Assembly (NCBI GenBank): GCA_964016885.1
Contig: OZ024740.1
Span: 288,300,001-288,364,000, forward strand
Source: Eledone cirrhosa
Taxonomy: Eukaryota
Reading direction: 5' to 3'
Length of the DNA: 64,000 nucleotides
Below, piece after piece: positions 1-12,719 of the stretch. Under the pieces are notes generated by a model that ran no database searches, was not told where the DNA came from, and worked only from the letters and a program-made list of their open reading frames with translations. The translations under genes and the position numbers were made by a program. Every line of letters begins with the position of its first letter. Position 1 is the first letter of the stretch.

Positions 1-125
1 CAAGACTGGTGACCCTGTACTGCGCAAGCGAAACTTTAGAGTAACAAAGCTCATCAATAGCCATAATAAATGAATGTATATATATATATAGTTAAAAGAA
101 TAGAGGTGTAACACACAAGTTATTA

Positions 126-535
126 TATATTGGTAAACGGAATAGAAAATGCTGACAAATTGTTCACAGTTGAAAAATGGTTTAATTAGGAATAAAAGAG
201 TATTAGTGATTGTATGGGTTAGTATTCAGTTGTGGTTTTAAGTTTTTAAGTTTTTACCGGTTGCGCAATTCTAAATGCTTTTCAAAAATAATTTTGAGAT
301 AGAGTGTCCGTGCTGTTTGCTCTGATCTGTCAGAGCAAACAGATCAGAGCAAACAGCACGGACACTCTATCTCAAAATTATTTTTGAAAAGCATTTAGAA
401 ATGCGCAACCGGTAAAAACTTAAAAACTTAAAACCACAACTGAATACTAACCCATACAATCACTAATACTCTTTTATTCCTAATTAAACCATTTTTCAAC
501 TGTGAACAATTTGTCAGCATTTTCTATTCCGTTTA

Positions 536-543
<8 letters not shown>
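126..543. mobile_element. Fold-back PLE-end element (about 205-bp inverted arms, 8-nt spacer) between (TA)n tracts
   Basis: 126-330 is the near-perfect reverse complement of 339-543. The same sequence occurs once at ~44055-44250, downstream of a GIY-YIG ORF. Confidence 0.85.
381..417 (+). ncRNA. Variant minimal hammerhead ribozyme (core UUGAAAA / GCAA)
   Basis: ttt-TTGAAAA-gcatt taga aatgc-GCAA-ccgg-TA-aaa. Mirror copy at 252-288 (-). Confidence 0.5.
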
Positions 544-627
<84 letters not shown>

Positions 628-631
<4 letters not shown>

Positions 632-1214
632 AACAAACAAACCGAGCATTATAATAAATATTCGGTAAACCGATACGTGCATATATATATGTGTGTGCAT
701 GTATGTATATATATACATACTACTGTACGTCTGTATACATATATGTATGTACGTATACATACATACATATTTACATTTAAGTAAGTGCCGTACTAAGAGT
801 GAGAAATGAAATTTCGTTTCATTCTATTCCATTTATCTTTTTCGGTGTGCCCGGCCGACTGAACTCACTCGATATGCAAATTAGGCTGCTCAGTCGTTAA
901 TATGCATAAGGAAAGTATATACTTTCAGACGTTCAACCATCTGACAGGAAGGTATACGATGCTGACGATAGCTAATAAGCTTGAAACTAGTACATCGTTC
1001 CTGTGTCAGTGTTGAACAAAAAGGTGACGTGGTTGCCTAAACACTGTACGGCGTAATTCGGGCTGTTTGTTCGTTTACAAACAAACAAACCGAGCATTAT
1101 AATAAGTGTTCGGTAAACCGATACGTGCATATATATATATATGTGTGCATGTATGTATATATATACATACTACTGTACGTCTGTATACATATATGTATGT
1201 ACGTATACATACAT
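628..1214 (+). mobile_element. Retrozyme-like non-coding hammerhead unit, about 1.3 tandem copies of a 448-bp monomer, in (TA)n
   Basis: ccgagc anchor at 642 and 1090 gives a 448-bp period. One HHR per period and no ORF. Homologues at 24281-25145 and 35093-35420. Confidence 0.75.
957..997 (+). ncRNA. Type I minimal hammerhead ribozyme, canonical core
   Basis: cgatg-CTGACGA-tagct aata agctt-GAAA-ctag-TA-catcg. Stem I cgatg/catcg, palindromic stem III, GUA cleavage triplet. Confidence 0.9.
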
Positions 1215-1830
1215 AATTATATATATATATATATAAGCGACTAAGCTGGAGGTGGTAAACGTTTCACAACATGTGACGTCCCAGATGAGAAATTTACCTC
1301 CTTCGAATGGGATAAGAGCAATTCCATCGGGGCGCTTGCCGTCTTCGCACGTGTGTATGTGTGCGTGTGTGTGTGTGTGTGTGCGTGTGTGTGAAGGCTC
1401 TTGGCTTAGTGTTTAGGGTGTTCGGTTCACGATCGTAGTGATGTCATGCTGATGAACTGTCGTTATATTGATGTAATGTTACTGTTATGTTGATGTATAT
1501 TTATGTATGTAACGTTATGTTAAGTTATTGTATTATTTTTCACCATTATGTTGTTTGCCTTATTGTTGTTATCATGAGAGAAGGTTCTGTTGGTGTTATG
1601 CTTTCATATTATATCGATTTTGACGTTATGTGTATTGACTCTATTTTATTACCATGTTAATTGTTTCCCTCGTATATATTTATGGTAATTTGATGCATAG
1701 GTATTGATGTATCAATATGATACATAAGCATTGCAGCGTACAATTTGGAACAAACAAACAAACACACACACACACGCGCGCATATATATATATATAGCGC
1801 GGGTAAAATTCCCGAGATAAGACTAACTGT

Positions 1831-1903
1831 CGTCCTGTGTGGATTCGAACCACCAACCATTTGGTTAGCAGCCGAACGCGCTAACCGATTGCGCCACAGA
1901 GAC
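1831..1903 (-). pseudogene. tRNA-Asn pseudogene (anticodon reads GCT instead of GTT)
   Basis: Minus strand GTCTCTGTGGCGCAATCGGTTAGCGCGTTCGGCT-GCT-AACCAAATGGTTGGTGGTTCGAATCCACACAGGACG matches the metazoan tRNA-Asn body. Mismatches in the anticodon, T and acceptor stems. Confidence 0.8.
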
Positions 1904-1904
1904 G

Positions 1905-2085
1905 ACTTGTCCTAGGTATGGCATTAAACTGCATCCAGTGGAAAGGCTCCAGTTCGATAGTTCGGGAGTTCGGGAGTTCAGGAGCTGTGGGGAATGTGGA
2001 GTTACCCCTTAGTTGTTATCACTCCCAGGTCTGCTCTGGCTCCGAGTAGTAGTACCTATTAGGGCCCCATTTATGTGTTAAATAA
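1905..2085 (+). mobile_element. Cephalopod-type (Ceph-domain-like) SINE body
   Basis: taaactgcatccagtgg..aggctccag..ggagctgtggggaatgtggagt..actcccaggtc..gtacctattagggccccat resembles cephalopod SINE central domains (recognised from memory). Confidence 0.5.
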
Positions 2086-2139
2086 TTACCTTACTTGAGT
2101 GGCGTCGGTAAGGTATTATCACCCATTGAAAAGGAAAAG

Positions 2140-2170
<31 letters not shown>

Positions 2171-3051
2171 AGTTGAGAGACTACCATGGGTTTCACTGCT
2201 AGTACCGGTTGCATCTCAGCGTACTCAATAGGTAATGTTATGTAAAATCCCTGAGTAGACACATAGTTATTTTCTTTAATACAACACACGTTATTTCAAT
2301 CTATATCCGTACTCGAGTTTCGGCCACACCCAATGCAGCAATAGAATGCACAGCATCCACTGCCTTCATTTATTATGCAACAATGCACAATCGTTACATG
2401 TATCGTTAGTAGCGGGGGTTCACCTTATCAATAACCAATCGATCGACAGAATTCGATTCCAGTCCGTATCTGTGAATATGACGATCAACTGAGTAAAACA
2501 TTAGCAACTGAAATCACTACGCGTCATCACAATGCCGTCAACCAATTGGCTAATGGTTCAGAAACTTACGTGACGGTAGGAGACGAAATTCAAATAATTC
2601 CGCTCCCTCCATAAGCACTCAGCCAACGTACCTCAAACACAAATTTACAAGTGAGTGAAAATTCGGTTACTAGTGAATATCAGTCGCCAATCGCTGTACA
2701 ATAGAATGATAGCATTCGGCTCCAGTCTCCAAGTACCATGGTGAAAATAGTACGACAGTAATAATGGTAGTGCCTAAAACCTTTCGGACATTAAATGCCA
2801 ACAGGTGATTAGAAAGCGATATATAGTTAGTGCGGTGATTAGAATTCGAATTCTAGATATTTTGGCAAGCTATTTAGAACACTGGTTTAACCGCTTTACT
2901 TCCCTCCGAAGAAGAGATATTATCTTGAAAATTAAGGACATTTAAATAAATCTAAGGTAAAAGACTAATTGTCAACAATATCTTTTGCATTTGCATTCTT
3001 TATTCTATGTCCATACCTGCATTGTTTTGGCTTTATTATACATATACAAAC

Positions 3052-3101
<50 letters not shown>

Positions 3102-3958
3102 CATTTTCAACAACACAGCACGCCATTTTTCATTCCTATATGCTTTCCCCTTCGCTGTGACCTGTCTTTTTCTCTTCCCTTACTGTTATCCTCTTTCTCT
3201 CTCCCCCTTCTCTCTCCTTCTCCCTCTTACTTTCATTCACCCCCTCTGCTAGTCACCCTCTCTCAGCTAGCCTCTTCCTCACACTTTCACTCACTCACTC
3301 TCTGCTACTAACCCCCTCTCTCACTTCCTCCATCGTCCCACACCGTGCGTAATTCTTTCCTCGCTTATTTTCGCATGGTTGGGACGTGTCTCTCGTCTTC
3401 TCGTCAATATTCGCAAGTTCTTATGTTCAAATGAATCATTGACTTGATTTTCTCATTTTTTTCCCTCTCTTTACGTTGCCTCACCATTCATGTTTGTTTA
3501 CCTGTCTCTCTTTCTCCACCCAATTCTTTTTATCGCAATAAATTATTTTAGTTATTGTTCACGCTAGCCTGAGGTATCTGGTCTTTAATGCGAAGAAACA
3601 CTTATGATGGCTAGTAGATCACTGATGATGGATAGTCCTATTTCTAATTCTTCATTTTAATTTGTATATCACATTTGCAACAACACAGCACGCCATTTTT
3701 CATTTTATACCGGCGTCCGGTGAGTATAAAACATTTATGCTTTCATATATTTTTATATCTGTATATCTGTTTGACTCGAAATAGGAGATTGAATCTTCGC
3801 TGTGTGGATAATTAGTTTAACCACCATCTCAGTGTGTTTGGCCTTTAACGTAAGTTGTAAGCTCTAATTCTTTTGAATTATTGAGCGCTTGCCTCACAAT
3901 TCGAAAGTGTTTTTTCGTTATTTCATAGGCTGAAATTCGATTCTCGCTAATTTTTACT

Positions 3959-4014
<56 letters not shown>

Positions 4015-4019
4015 ACAAC

Positions 4020-4345
4020 GGAGCTAAAGGCGAGCGAGACACTTCCCCCTCTCCCATCCCGGAGCAGATACAAACTATGCAGTATGGAAATGCTTCAACA
4101 GATTAAGATCTGGTGTTGGTCGTGCAAAAGTCAATCTAGCAAAATGGGGATATTTAAAGGTCGGGGACGTTGTGTGTGACTGCGGCATTGAACCACAGAT
4201 TATGCAGCACCTCCTGATATGCCCCCTACTGGAACACCCCTGCACAGCATTGGACTTGGCAGAGTTTAATGAGAAAGGACAGCAATGTGTTAAGCTATGG
4301 CGGAACCACATCTAGCCAAGCTTTGTAGTTGACACTCTTGTGGAC
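4020..4345 (+). mobile_element. 3' fragment of a non-LTR retrotransposon
   Basis: Frameshifted C-terminal zinc motif CDCGIEPQIMQHLLICP. Confidence 0.55.
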
Positions 4346-4356
4346 ACGATAATAAT

Positions 4357-4527
4357 TCTTTCTACTTTGGGCACAAGGCCAGCAATTATCCCAGTGCATT
4401 TCATCGACACCGTAAGGATGAAAGGCAAAGTTAACCTCGGCAGGATTTGAACTCAGAGTGTAAAGGGCCATAACTCTATGCTGCAAAGCATTTTGTCCCA
4501 CGCTCTACCGATATTGCCAATCCACCG
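4357..4527 (-). mobile_element. tRNA-derived SINE (dominant family) with 18-bp TSD
   Basis: A/B-box head and gcctttcatccttacggggtcgat core. TSD tgtggacacgataataat at 4339 and 4528. Confidence 0.9.
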
Positions 4528-4573
4528 TGTGGACACGATAATAATAATAACAATTATATATATATAGAGAGAG

Positions 4574-4750
4574 AAATGATTTCTACAGGACTGGAACTAT
4601 CATTCGTATGAAATCATTAGGAATGTCCTAGATGATTTCATACGAATGAAAATTTTCTGGTCCTGTAGAAGTCATTTGTATATATTTAATAAAGATGCCT
4701 ATACTCTACCAATGTATTGAGTACCTTTTTTAATCGTGGTTACTCGCAAC
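4574..4750. mobile_element. Diverged fold-back PLE-end-like element
   Basis: Imperfect inverted arms 4574-4620 and 4627-4678 with decayed HHR-like cores (ctaatga / ctagatga), then AATAAA and the shared 3' hairpin at 4702-4723. Confidence 0.55.
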
Positions 4751-4765
4751 CCAACTCTGGAATCA

Positions 4766-4859
<94 letters not shown>

Positions 4860-5185
4860 TGGCTGCAACTCGATTTCGAGTAATGCCATTGCTTGATACT
4901 TACGCATGAGTCTCACGGACGTGGCTTTTTAGTCCGGTTAGGGACTTGCCTATGGCCAGCAATATCAAACGTGTATGTGTGTGTTTTCTGTTTTACTATA
5001 ACTCTTCCCAGTACTCACAGGATTGCAACATAACGAAACGACAAAATACACAAATAAGGTAGAAAGTGTATATACAGCCTAAAGTGGTTCTAGCTGAAAA
5101 CGAAACGTAATGATACGAGGTACAGCGTGAAACAAACTGGCCAGAAATAAATAAAAAGATTTTAAAAAATAGAAAGAGAAAAGAA

Positions 5186-5550
5186 TAATTGTTTCTACTT
5201 TTGGCACAAGGCCAGCAATTACTCCAGTGCATTACTGTTGCTTTATTTTATCGACCTCGTAAGGATGAATGGCAGGATTTGAACTCAGACCACAATGCAA
5301 AGCATGGCATCCGACCCTCTACCGATTCTGACAATCCACCAAACCATCCCCCAAAAATAGAAAGAGAAAAGAATAATTGTTTCTACTTTAGGCACAAGGC
5401 CAGCAATTACCCAGTGCATTACTGGTACTTTATTTTATCGACCCCGTAAGGATGAAAGGCAAAGTCAACCTCGGCGGGATTTGAACTCAGATCGTAAAGG
5501 GACGTAACTATGCTGGAAAGCATGGCGTCCGAGCCTCTACCGATACTGCC
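5186..5550 (-). mobile_element. Two adjacent SINE copies
   Basis: Dominant SINE family. Duplicated flank aaaaatagaaagagaaaagaataat at 5165 and 5353. Confidence 0.85.
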
Positions 5551-6034
5551 AAAAGAATAATATTCGAACGTTTGTCCTAGAACGAAGCAGTATCACGATG
5601 TTGATTATAAGAAGGCTTCCAGCAGTACTGAAAGTGCCAGTCATTTACACCTCTATTTCTCTTTCTGACTTCTTTTCCTTCACTTTCTATTCTCTCGAAG
5701 AAATCATCTGTATTCAGACCTGGAGAGGAATCGGCTCCGTCAGGTTTAAAAATACCCTTAAAACGCTGTATGTCAATGCGGCGCCCCTACGACTCTCTCG
5801 GAAGTTGCGGGACAAGAAGGAGAAGTAATAGACTGGGGCAGAGGGCCGTGGAGGTGACGTGGGGGTCAAGAGAGTAGAAAGAAGGGGAATAAATAGAAAG
5901 AGACAGAAGAAAGAGGTGTGAGAGATAGTGCTAAATTAAGAAAAAGAGAAGGGAAGGGGAAGGGGAAAGAAAGAAGGAAAACAGGTGGTGTATCGTCTTG
6001 TTTTAGGTAGTCAACCATTATTGCCTAAAGCAAT

Positions 6035-6402
6035 AATTGTTTCTACTTTTGGCACAAGGCCAGCAATCACCCAGTGCATTACTGGTACTTTATTTTATCG
6101 ACCCCGTAAGGATGAAAGGCAAAGTTAACCTCGGCGGGATTTGAACTCAGAATGGCAAGGGGCGTAACTCTATGCGTCAAAGCATGGCGTCCGACCCTCT
6201 AGCAATAATGGTTTCTGATTTAGGGGAGAGGAAAGTCGAATAAATCGACCCCAGTGCGTGACTGGTACTTTATTTTATCGGCCCCGTAAGGATGAAAGGC
6301 AAAGCTAAGCTCGGCGGGATTTGAACTCAGAATGTAAAAGGCCATAACTCTATGCTGCAAAGTATGGTGTCTGACGCTCTACCGATACTGCCAATCCACC
6401 AC
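6035..6402 (-). mobile_element. Two nested or tandem SINE copies
   Basis: Dominant SINE family. Flanking duplication cctaaagcaataat at ~6024 and ~6403. Confidence 0.85.
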
Positions 6403-6626
6403 CCTAAAGCAATAATATATATCATTCAAAATAAAAGCACAAGTGACAAGGACAGAGAACGGAAAAATATGGACAAGTTCCTTACTCGTCAGTTAACCAC
6501 TAGTGATCACTATGATTTCTGTGCTTTTAAAGTTAGTCGTATTCCTTCCAGCGCACACGGGATTGCATGCAATACGACAAAACAACAAAATACGGTAAAA
6601 CAAGACATATTTATGTATACACATAT

Positions 6627-7080
<454 letters not shown>

Positions 7081-7211
7081 CTCCGTACTCGCACCACCAA
7101 CTACACAAACGAAGACGGTTCAACTGCTTTACGCTGAGTACTCTCCATATTATTACATCAAGATTGACCATACGGAATGACCAGCTCTATCCAGTGGTGA
7201 ACCTTCAAACC

Positions 7212-7299
<88 letters not shown>

Positions 7300-7720
7300 A
7301 ATATGAAAATAAACGTGCTGCGGCGTTGCTAATGGGTTACATATGAATAAAGTTAGTCCTTCATCAGTGATCTTCCAACCATCATTGGTATTTCATCGCT
7401 TTAAAGACCATATATCTCCGGTTGGTGCGAGCAACGGCTAAAGAAAGTCGTTGGGACATGTAAATAAAGGGAACGAGCGAGAGTGTAAACAAACAAAGAT
7501 GGTGAAGCAACGAAATGTGAGGAAGAAGAAGTCAAGTCCAAAAATTTCTATGAATATAAGTTCGGTGAAATCGTGAACGAGAGAGAATAAAGACCATCAA
7601 ACCTGGTTGAAATGTGAGCAAGGAAGGAATTTCGCACAGGTCTAACGGGAGGAAGAAGGGGTCTAGTCTGTGAATTCGGTAAACATAAGTTCTGTGAAAT
7701 CGTAGACGAGAGAGAGAAAG

Positions 7721-7884
7721 GAACGAGTAGGACCCCAACGGCTGAGCTCAAGCCGTTTCGACGGCTAATTCTTGTCCAGAATTAGCCGTCGAAACTACTC
7801 GTTCCTATTACCCACTCTACTACCCTAAGTATTGAGTACTTTGGTGCGTTATGGTCCACCTGGTTCCTTACCACATTTCCTTCG

Positions 7885-7888
<4 letters not shown>
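7721..7888. mobile_element. Fold-back element carrying the 3' half of a hammerhead (family also at 23748, 51836, 58076)
   Basis: Hairpin gtttcgacggctaattct-tgtcc-agaattagccgtcgaaac. Shared tail cctattacccactctactaccctaagtattgagtac runs into (TA)n. Confidence 0.75.
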
Positions 7889-7937
<49 letters not shown>

Positions 7938-10231
7938 TAATTTAATATATCAACTAACATAGGCGCACAGATGCACGTCCATGCCAGCATATATATATAT
8001 ATATATATATATATTAATCACTACTTCAGGACTAATTATTTAATTCTAGTTAGGTGGAGCGAGCAGGGTGACTACATCGTCTTGCTGGCACTCGGTCATT
8101 TCCATCCATTAACAATTTGTGGGCTTCTATCAAAAAGCTGTTTTTACAATTACAACGGATCTGACTATCAGCCGAATCTATTGTGAAGATCGATCCGCTG
8201 CTACCGTTTGTCAAGGAAGGCCGGTTACTTTCACCTCTACCTGTTGAGCGTGGTTAAAAGGTTTAAGGAAAGTTTTTCCACGTTGGCTAAGCCGTCATCA
8301 ATCTATGATATAATAAAGGGAGGAATGTGGGACAGCGTTCGTTTTATAGTTTTTTTTATCCCGTTAGTAAAATAAATTGGATTACTTTGAATAAATAATG
8401 AATGAATATTATGTAATTTATCTACTAAATTTCGTAGCTCTTGATTAAACATAAATATTCTTATATATAAAGTATTGCTTATTTTAAGATTCACTTCTTT
8501 AATATTTTAACGGATGTGATCAGTGTTATATGATAACACTTATCACATCGCTTATACAAACGTTCATATATTTGCATCGTTATATATATGGTTTATATTT
8601 CCGCCGCTAATTTTCCCCTTTTTCGTTTTGATAGCATTTTAGTTAATTATATATGCAGTTTATATATAATATCGTCTGTTTTTTTTTTATGTATTATGGA
8701 TTACTTTACTGACTACAGAACAGAGTGTAACCCAGATTTCGTTCAATTTCTGTACATATTGTCAATTACGATTTCATTTGACGTATCATATCTACATGCA
8801 TATCTATTTGCGTATAATATCAATATGCACACTACACATGCTAGCAGAAAGCCACCCGAATAGTGGTTATTTTTTGCTAGTTTCTTCAAATATTGAAGCG
8901 TTGGATGAAGGTTGAGTACAAGGCGCTGCCCTCCACTATGCTGTACATATGGTGGACGAGAAGACCAAGATTAATTAAATGGGCCTACTTTAATTATGCG
9001 ATTTTGAAGAGGAATGTCACTTTCAATGTCTTTGATGCAGCAGAGTAATCCGGGACGTTTTGTGGGATTTTCTCAAGAATTAATCTAGCTTGTTTCTCCA
9101 ACTCTTAAGGACTTTTCTTGTTGACGTTTTATTGTTGTATGTTGCTTTTGTTGATTTCGATGTAAACCTCGAATATTTCCTTTGGCGTCATTATACAGTT
9201 CCCGTTCGAGGCCCGCCGTGATCAACTTTCCTTTCTCGAAATATTACTAGCCTTCTGCCTAAATTAGAAACCATTTAAGGCAGTGGACTGGAAAAGGAAT
9301 TAGAGCGTTTTACAAATACTTTGTAGTACTTGATTCGTGTTTTTACGTTCTGAGTTCAAATCCTGACGAGGTTAGCTTTGCCTTTCATCCTTACGGAGTA
9401 AATCTATATATAAATTTCTGCGGTTCTGTTGCAACACGTAAAGAGAGAGGAGTAGTTCAACTACCTCATACTACTCCCCTCTCTTTACGTTTGCTACTTG
9501 TGTGAATGTATGTGTGTGTAAAAGGAAGGAAGGGGATGGTGAACACCGTGGGGGTTTTGTTTCTATTCCGACGTATATGCATAGTCGATAGAAGTATGTA
9601 TGTGTGTATTTGTGTGAATGTATGTCTGTAAATGAATATTTTTATAAGCGTGTCTGTGTTTGCACGTTTATATTTATATACTCACACATATAAATGTATG
9701 TATATGCACATACACACGCGGACGTACATATACACATACGCGTCAGCGCATTGAAAAAGAATTCTAGTAAATTATAGTACCAGTAACTCACTAGGGTCGA
9801 TTTAATCGACTTTCCCCTTCCCAAAAAATGTTTGACCTTGTGCGTTTGGTTTGAGCGAATAGGTTCGCTTCGTTCTCTCATCAATTTTAGCAATTTTGTT
9901 CTACCACGTTCCTATTTGATGTAACAGGAAAATATTTTAGGGATATTTTACAAAGGAAAGTGTTTTGCAGCATTACTGGACCCACTCCTTTTATGTTGTG
10001 GTAGACAAAATAAAGTTCAACTTAAACATTTTATGTTGTAACATTTGTAACTATTCACCTTTCGCTGAATGAATTCCTGTACTGATGTAGCGGGAAGAGG
10101 TAACCACTGTAGTGGTGATTGCAATAGTAGAAACAAATACATCTACTAATTACAATTCTGTGATTTACAGTTGCTAGTCTTCTTTGATGATCCTGCTGTT
10201 ATTGGATTCAAAGTGATTTCTCGTTGTGGTG

Positions 10232-10302
10232 TAAGTCACTTTCTTCTTCTTCTTCTTCTTCTTCTTCTTCTTCTTCTTCTTCTTCTTCTTCTTCTTCTTC
10301 TA

Positions 10303-10335
<33 letters not shown>

Positions 10336-10432
10336 AGCCAACACCACCTCTACAGAAACAACCAACAATGCTGCCACTGCGAACATCAACAAAAACAAAA
10401 CCAACAGCAGCAGCAGCAACAACAACAACAAT
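10232..10432. repeat. Compound trinucleotide microsatellite (CTT)n(CGT)n..(CAG/CAA)n
   Basis: Direct reading. Confidence 0.95.
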
Positions 10433-10544
10433 TGAACGGTGACATACCGTTCAATTGGAGCCAAAATTACACCGGGAGTAGTGGGCCACCGAAGCCCAAA
10501 TCCCCAAAGCCTTGGGTGGCGTGTAGACACGCAATACACACATA

Positions 10545-10730
10545 ACTGTTTCTACTTTAGGCACAAGGCCAGCAATTACCCAGTAAATTACTGGTACTTT
10601 ATTTTATCGACCCCGTAAGGATGAAAGGCAAAGTCAACCTCGGCGGGATTTGAACTTAGATCGTAAAGGGACGAAACTATGCTGGAAAGCATGGCGTCCG
10701 ACCGTCTACAGATACTGCCAATGCACCGCC
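10545..10730 (-). mobile_element. tRNA-derived SINE
   Basis: Dominant family, near full length. Confidence 0.9.
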
Positions 10731-10859
10731 GTACACATATAACTCAAGGCAAACGATTTTAGTGGGTGGATGTTTTATTTGTCATCCTCAAGAAGCAAAA
10801 TCTCACTCCATAGCACACCTCAGAATCAATAAACTTACTCCCATGCCGTCCTACTGCGG

Positions 10860-12010
10860 CTAGAGTTTGGTGAAGGTCAAGGCTTGCACAAGTAGATCCT
10901 GATCAACTTAGACCAATCGAAATCTTTCGATAGGCTCCACCATCGGTACTTGGCGGCAATCCCCAAGACATCCGGCTTCAGGCCCGTTTTCAGAGGCTAG
11001 ATCACTGCAATGCGCAGCGACATCTGTTCTGCAGTCAGAGTGAACGGTCATCTCTTGAAACCGTTCAACATAATACGCACGGTCCACCAAGGTGGCCTCT
11101 TCTGGTTCCTATTGAATGTATTAACTCCCGAGCCACTACTACACAAATTAGAGACGTCGAGAGATATCCCGCGCGAACTAGGATGTGGAAGATCCGTGTC
11201 AGCATATGTCGACGACGTCACCGTAGTGGTGTCGAACAATGAACACATTGAGATGATCGACATCGCTCTCAGGAAGTACAAAGCGGCAACAGGAGCTAAA
11301 ATTAACTGAGAAATGTCGGTGGGATTGCAGCTCGGCACAGCGTCGTTAGGTGCTGGACGGACGGACTGGTTAAAAGGTTCGGTGTCTGGCTTTTCCTTGA
11401 AAGTGAACAGATGTGGCAAATGTTGTCGCCGTTCGCTACCCACGTTTTTTTTTTTTTTTTTTTTTTTTTACCAGCTTGTCTCCTTGATGAATCTGTAGCT
11501 CTGGGTCAAGTGAAGACCCAGTGTAGTGCTTGGAAACTGGAATGTCTTCAAGCGCTCATAGCTCACTGACAATCGGGCTGGAAGATCTGTGGAGACTCCA
11601 CCTTGGCGTTCTATAGAGGGTTAGTGGCGGGTAAAGCGATGACGTTCTTGGGTGACTCTTGGCATCGACAATAATCAACTAGCCATTCTTTTCCGGAGAA
11701 CTTTCGATCCAAGGCCCATGGATAACTTCCAGAAATGCCTGAAGATGCGCGCGTCCATCTTGAAAATTACCTCACCGCCTACATCTAGCCGGGAAGGGCA
11801 GGCAGTTTTTATTTGCGCGGTGACCATGGCCAAAAAGGTTATGTGGTGGATACGTTTTAAAGGATTGAAGACAAGCACCTTCTTCTTCGGCGAAGCCATG
11901 ATCAACTTTTTCAGGTTTCACTTGAAGTGGAAAATAGGGGTGGAGAGGAAAATGCTGCCTTCCAACCAGTTTATTGAAAGGAGGAAGAAAGTGGTGAGTA
12001 TGGCTTGAGT
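10860..12010 (+). mobile_element. Decayed L1/Tx1-like LINE reverse transcriptase and C-terminal region
   Basis: ORF 11010-11309 VRVNGHLLKPFNIIRTVHQG...EPLL...SAYVDDVTV...KAATGAKIN contains the RT QG and YxDD motifs. Frameshifted continuation. Confidence 0.85.
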
Positions 12011-12309
12011 TAATGGGCCTGCTCTGTGTGGGCACCAGTAGATTAGAGGAGGACAACTGGGAAGGGGCACCTGTCCTGGCAGTCAGGGTGACAGGCTTTT
12101 TTGTGGACTTTCTACATGTGTGGCCCTCAGAAGCCCCAGACTGTTGGGGAATTTATTTTGTTGGAATTTTTTACATGTTTTCCTTGTTTCTGTCAAAAAT
12201 CTTTTACTCGCCAAAAGCCACACAGTACCGTCCTGTGCTGTCCTTAATGTTTTCTTAATGTGAGTCCTGTGCGGATAATAAAAAAATCGTTATTATTATT
12301 GTTATTATT

Positions 12310-12700
12310 GGTGGATTGGTGGATTTATCAGTAGAACGTTGGACAACATGCTTGTGGCCTTTTGCTTTCTGAGTTCAAATCCCGCCGAGGTCAACTTTGC
12401 CTTTCATCCTTATAGGGTCGATAGAATAAAGCACCAGTGATACACTGGGGTCGATTTAATCACCCCCTCCCCCTAAACAAAAAAATTGCTGGTCTTGTGC
12501 CTCAATCAGAAACCATGGATTGGTAGTGTCGGTAGAGGTTGGACGCTATGCTTTGCAGCATAGAGTTACGGCCATTTACGGTCTCAGTTCAAATCCTGCC
12601 GAGGTTAACTTTGTCTTTCATCCCTATGGGGTCGATAAAATAAAGCACCAGTAATGCATTGGAATAATTGCTGGCCTTGCACCAAAAGTAGAAACAATTG
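12310..12700 (+). mobile_element. Two adjacent SINE copies
   Basis: Dominant family. Confidence 0.85.
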
Positions 12701-12719
12701 TTACTATAGAATGTTGCCA

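Noticed and set aside
2178-2222. Hammerhead-like string on - (gctgaga..gaaa-cccatgg-ta)
   Set aside because: The core is one nucleotide short and there is no convincing stem I.
3564-3640. ctgaggt..gaaac and ctgatga-tggatagtcc strings between two ~40-bp direct repeats (3095, 3666)
   Set aside because: Cores are incomplete and stems do not close. Possibly a decayed pLTR, but not supportable.
7345-7372. CTGATGA-aggac on the - strand (similarly decayed motifs at 32505-32540 and 63300-63375)
   Set aside because: No matching stem II and GAAA half, or too many core changes.
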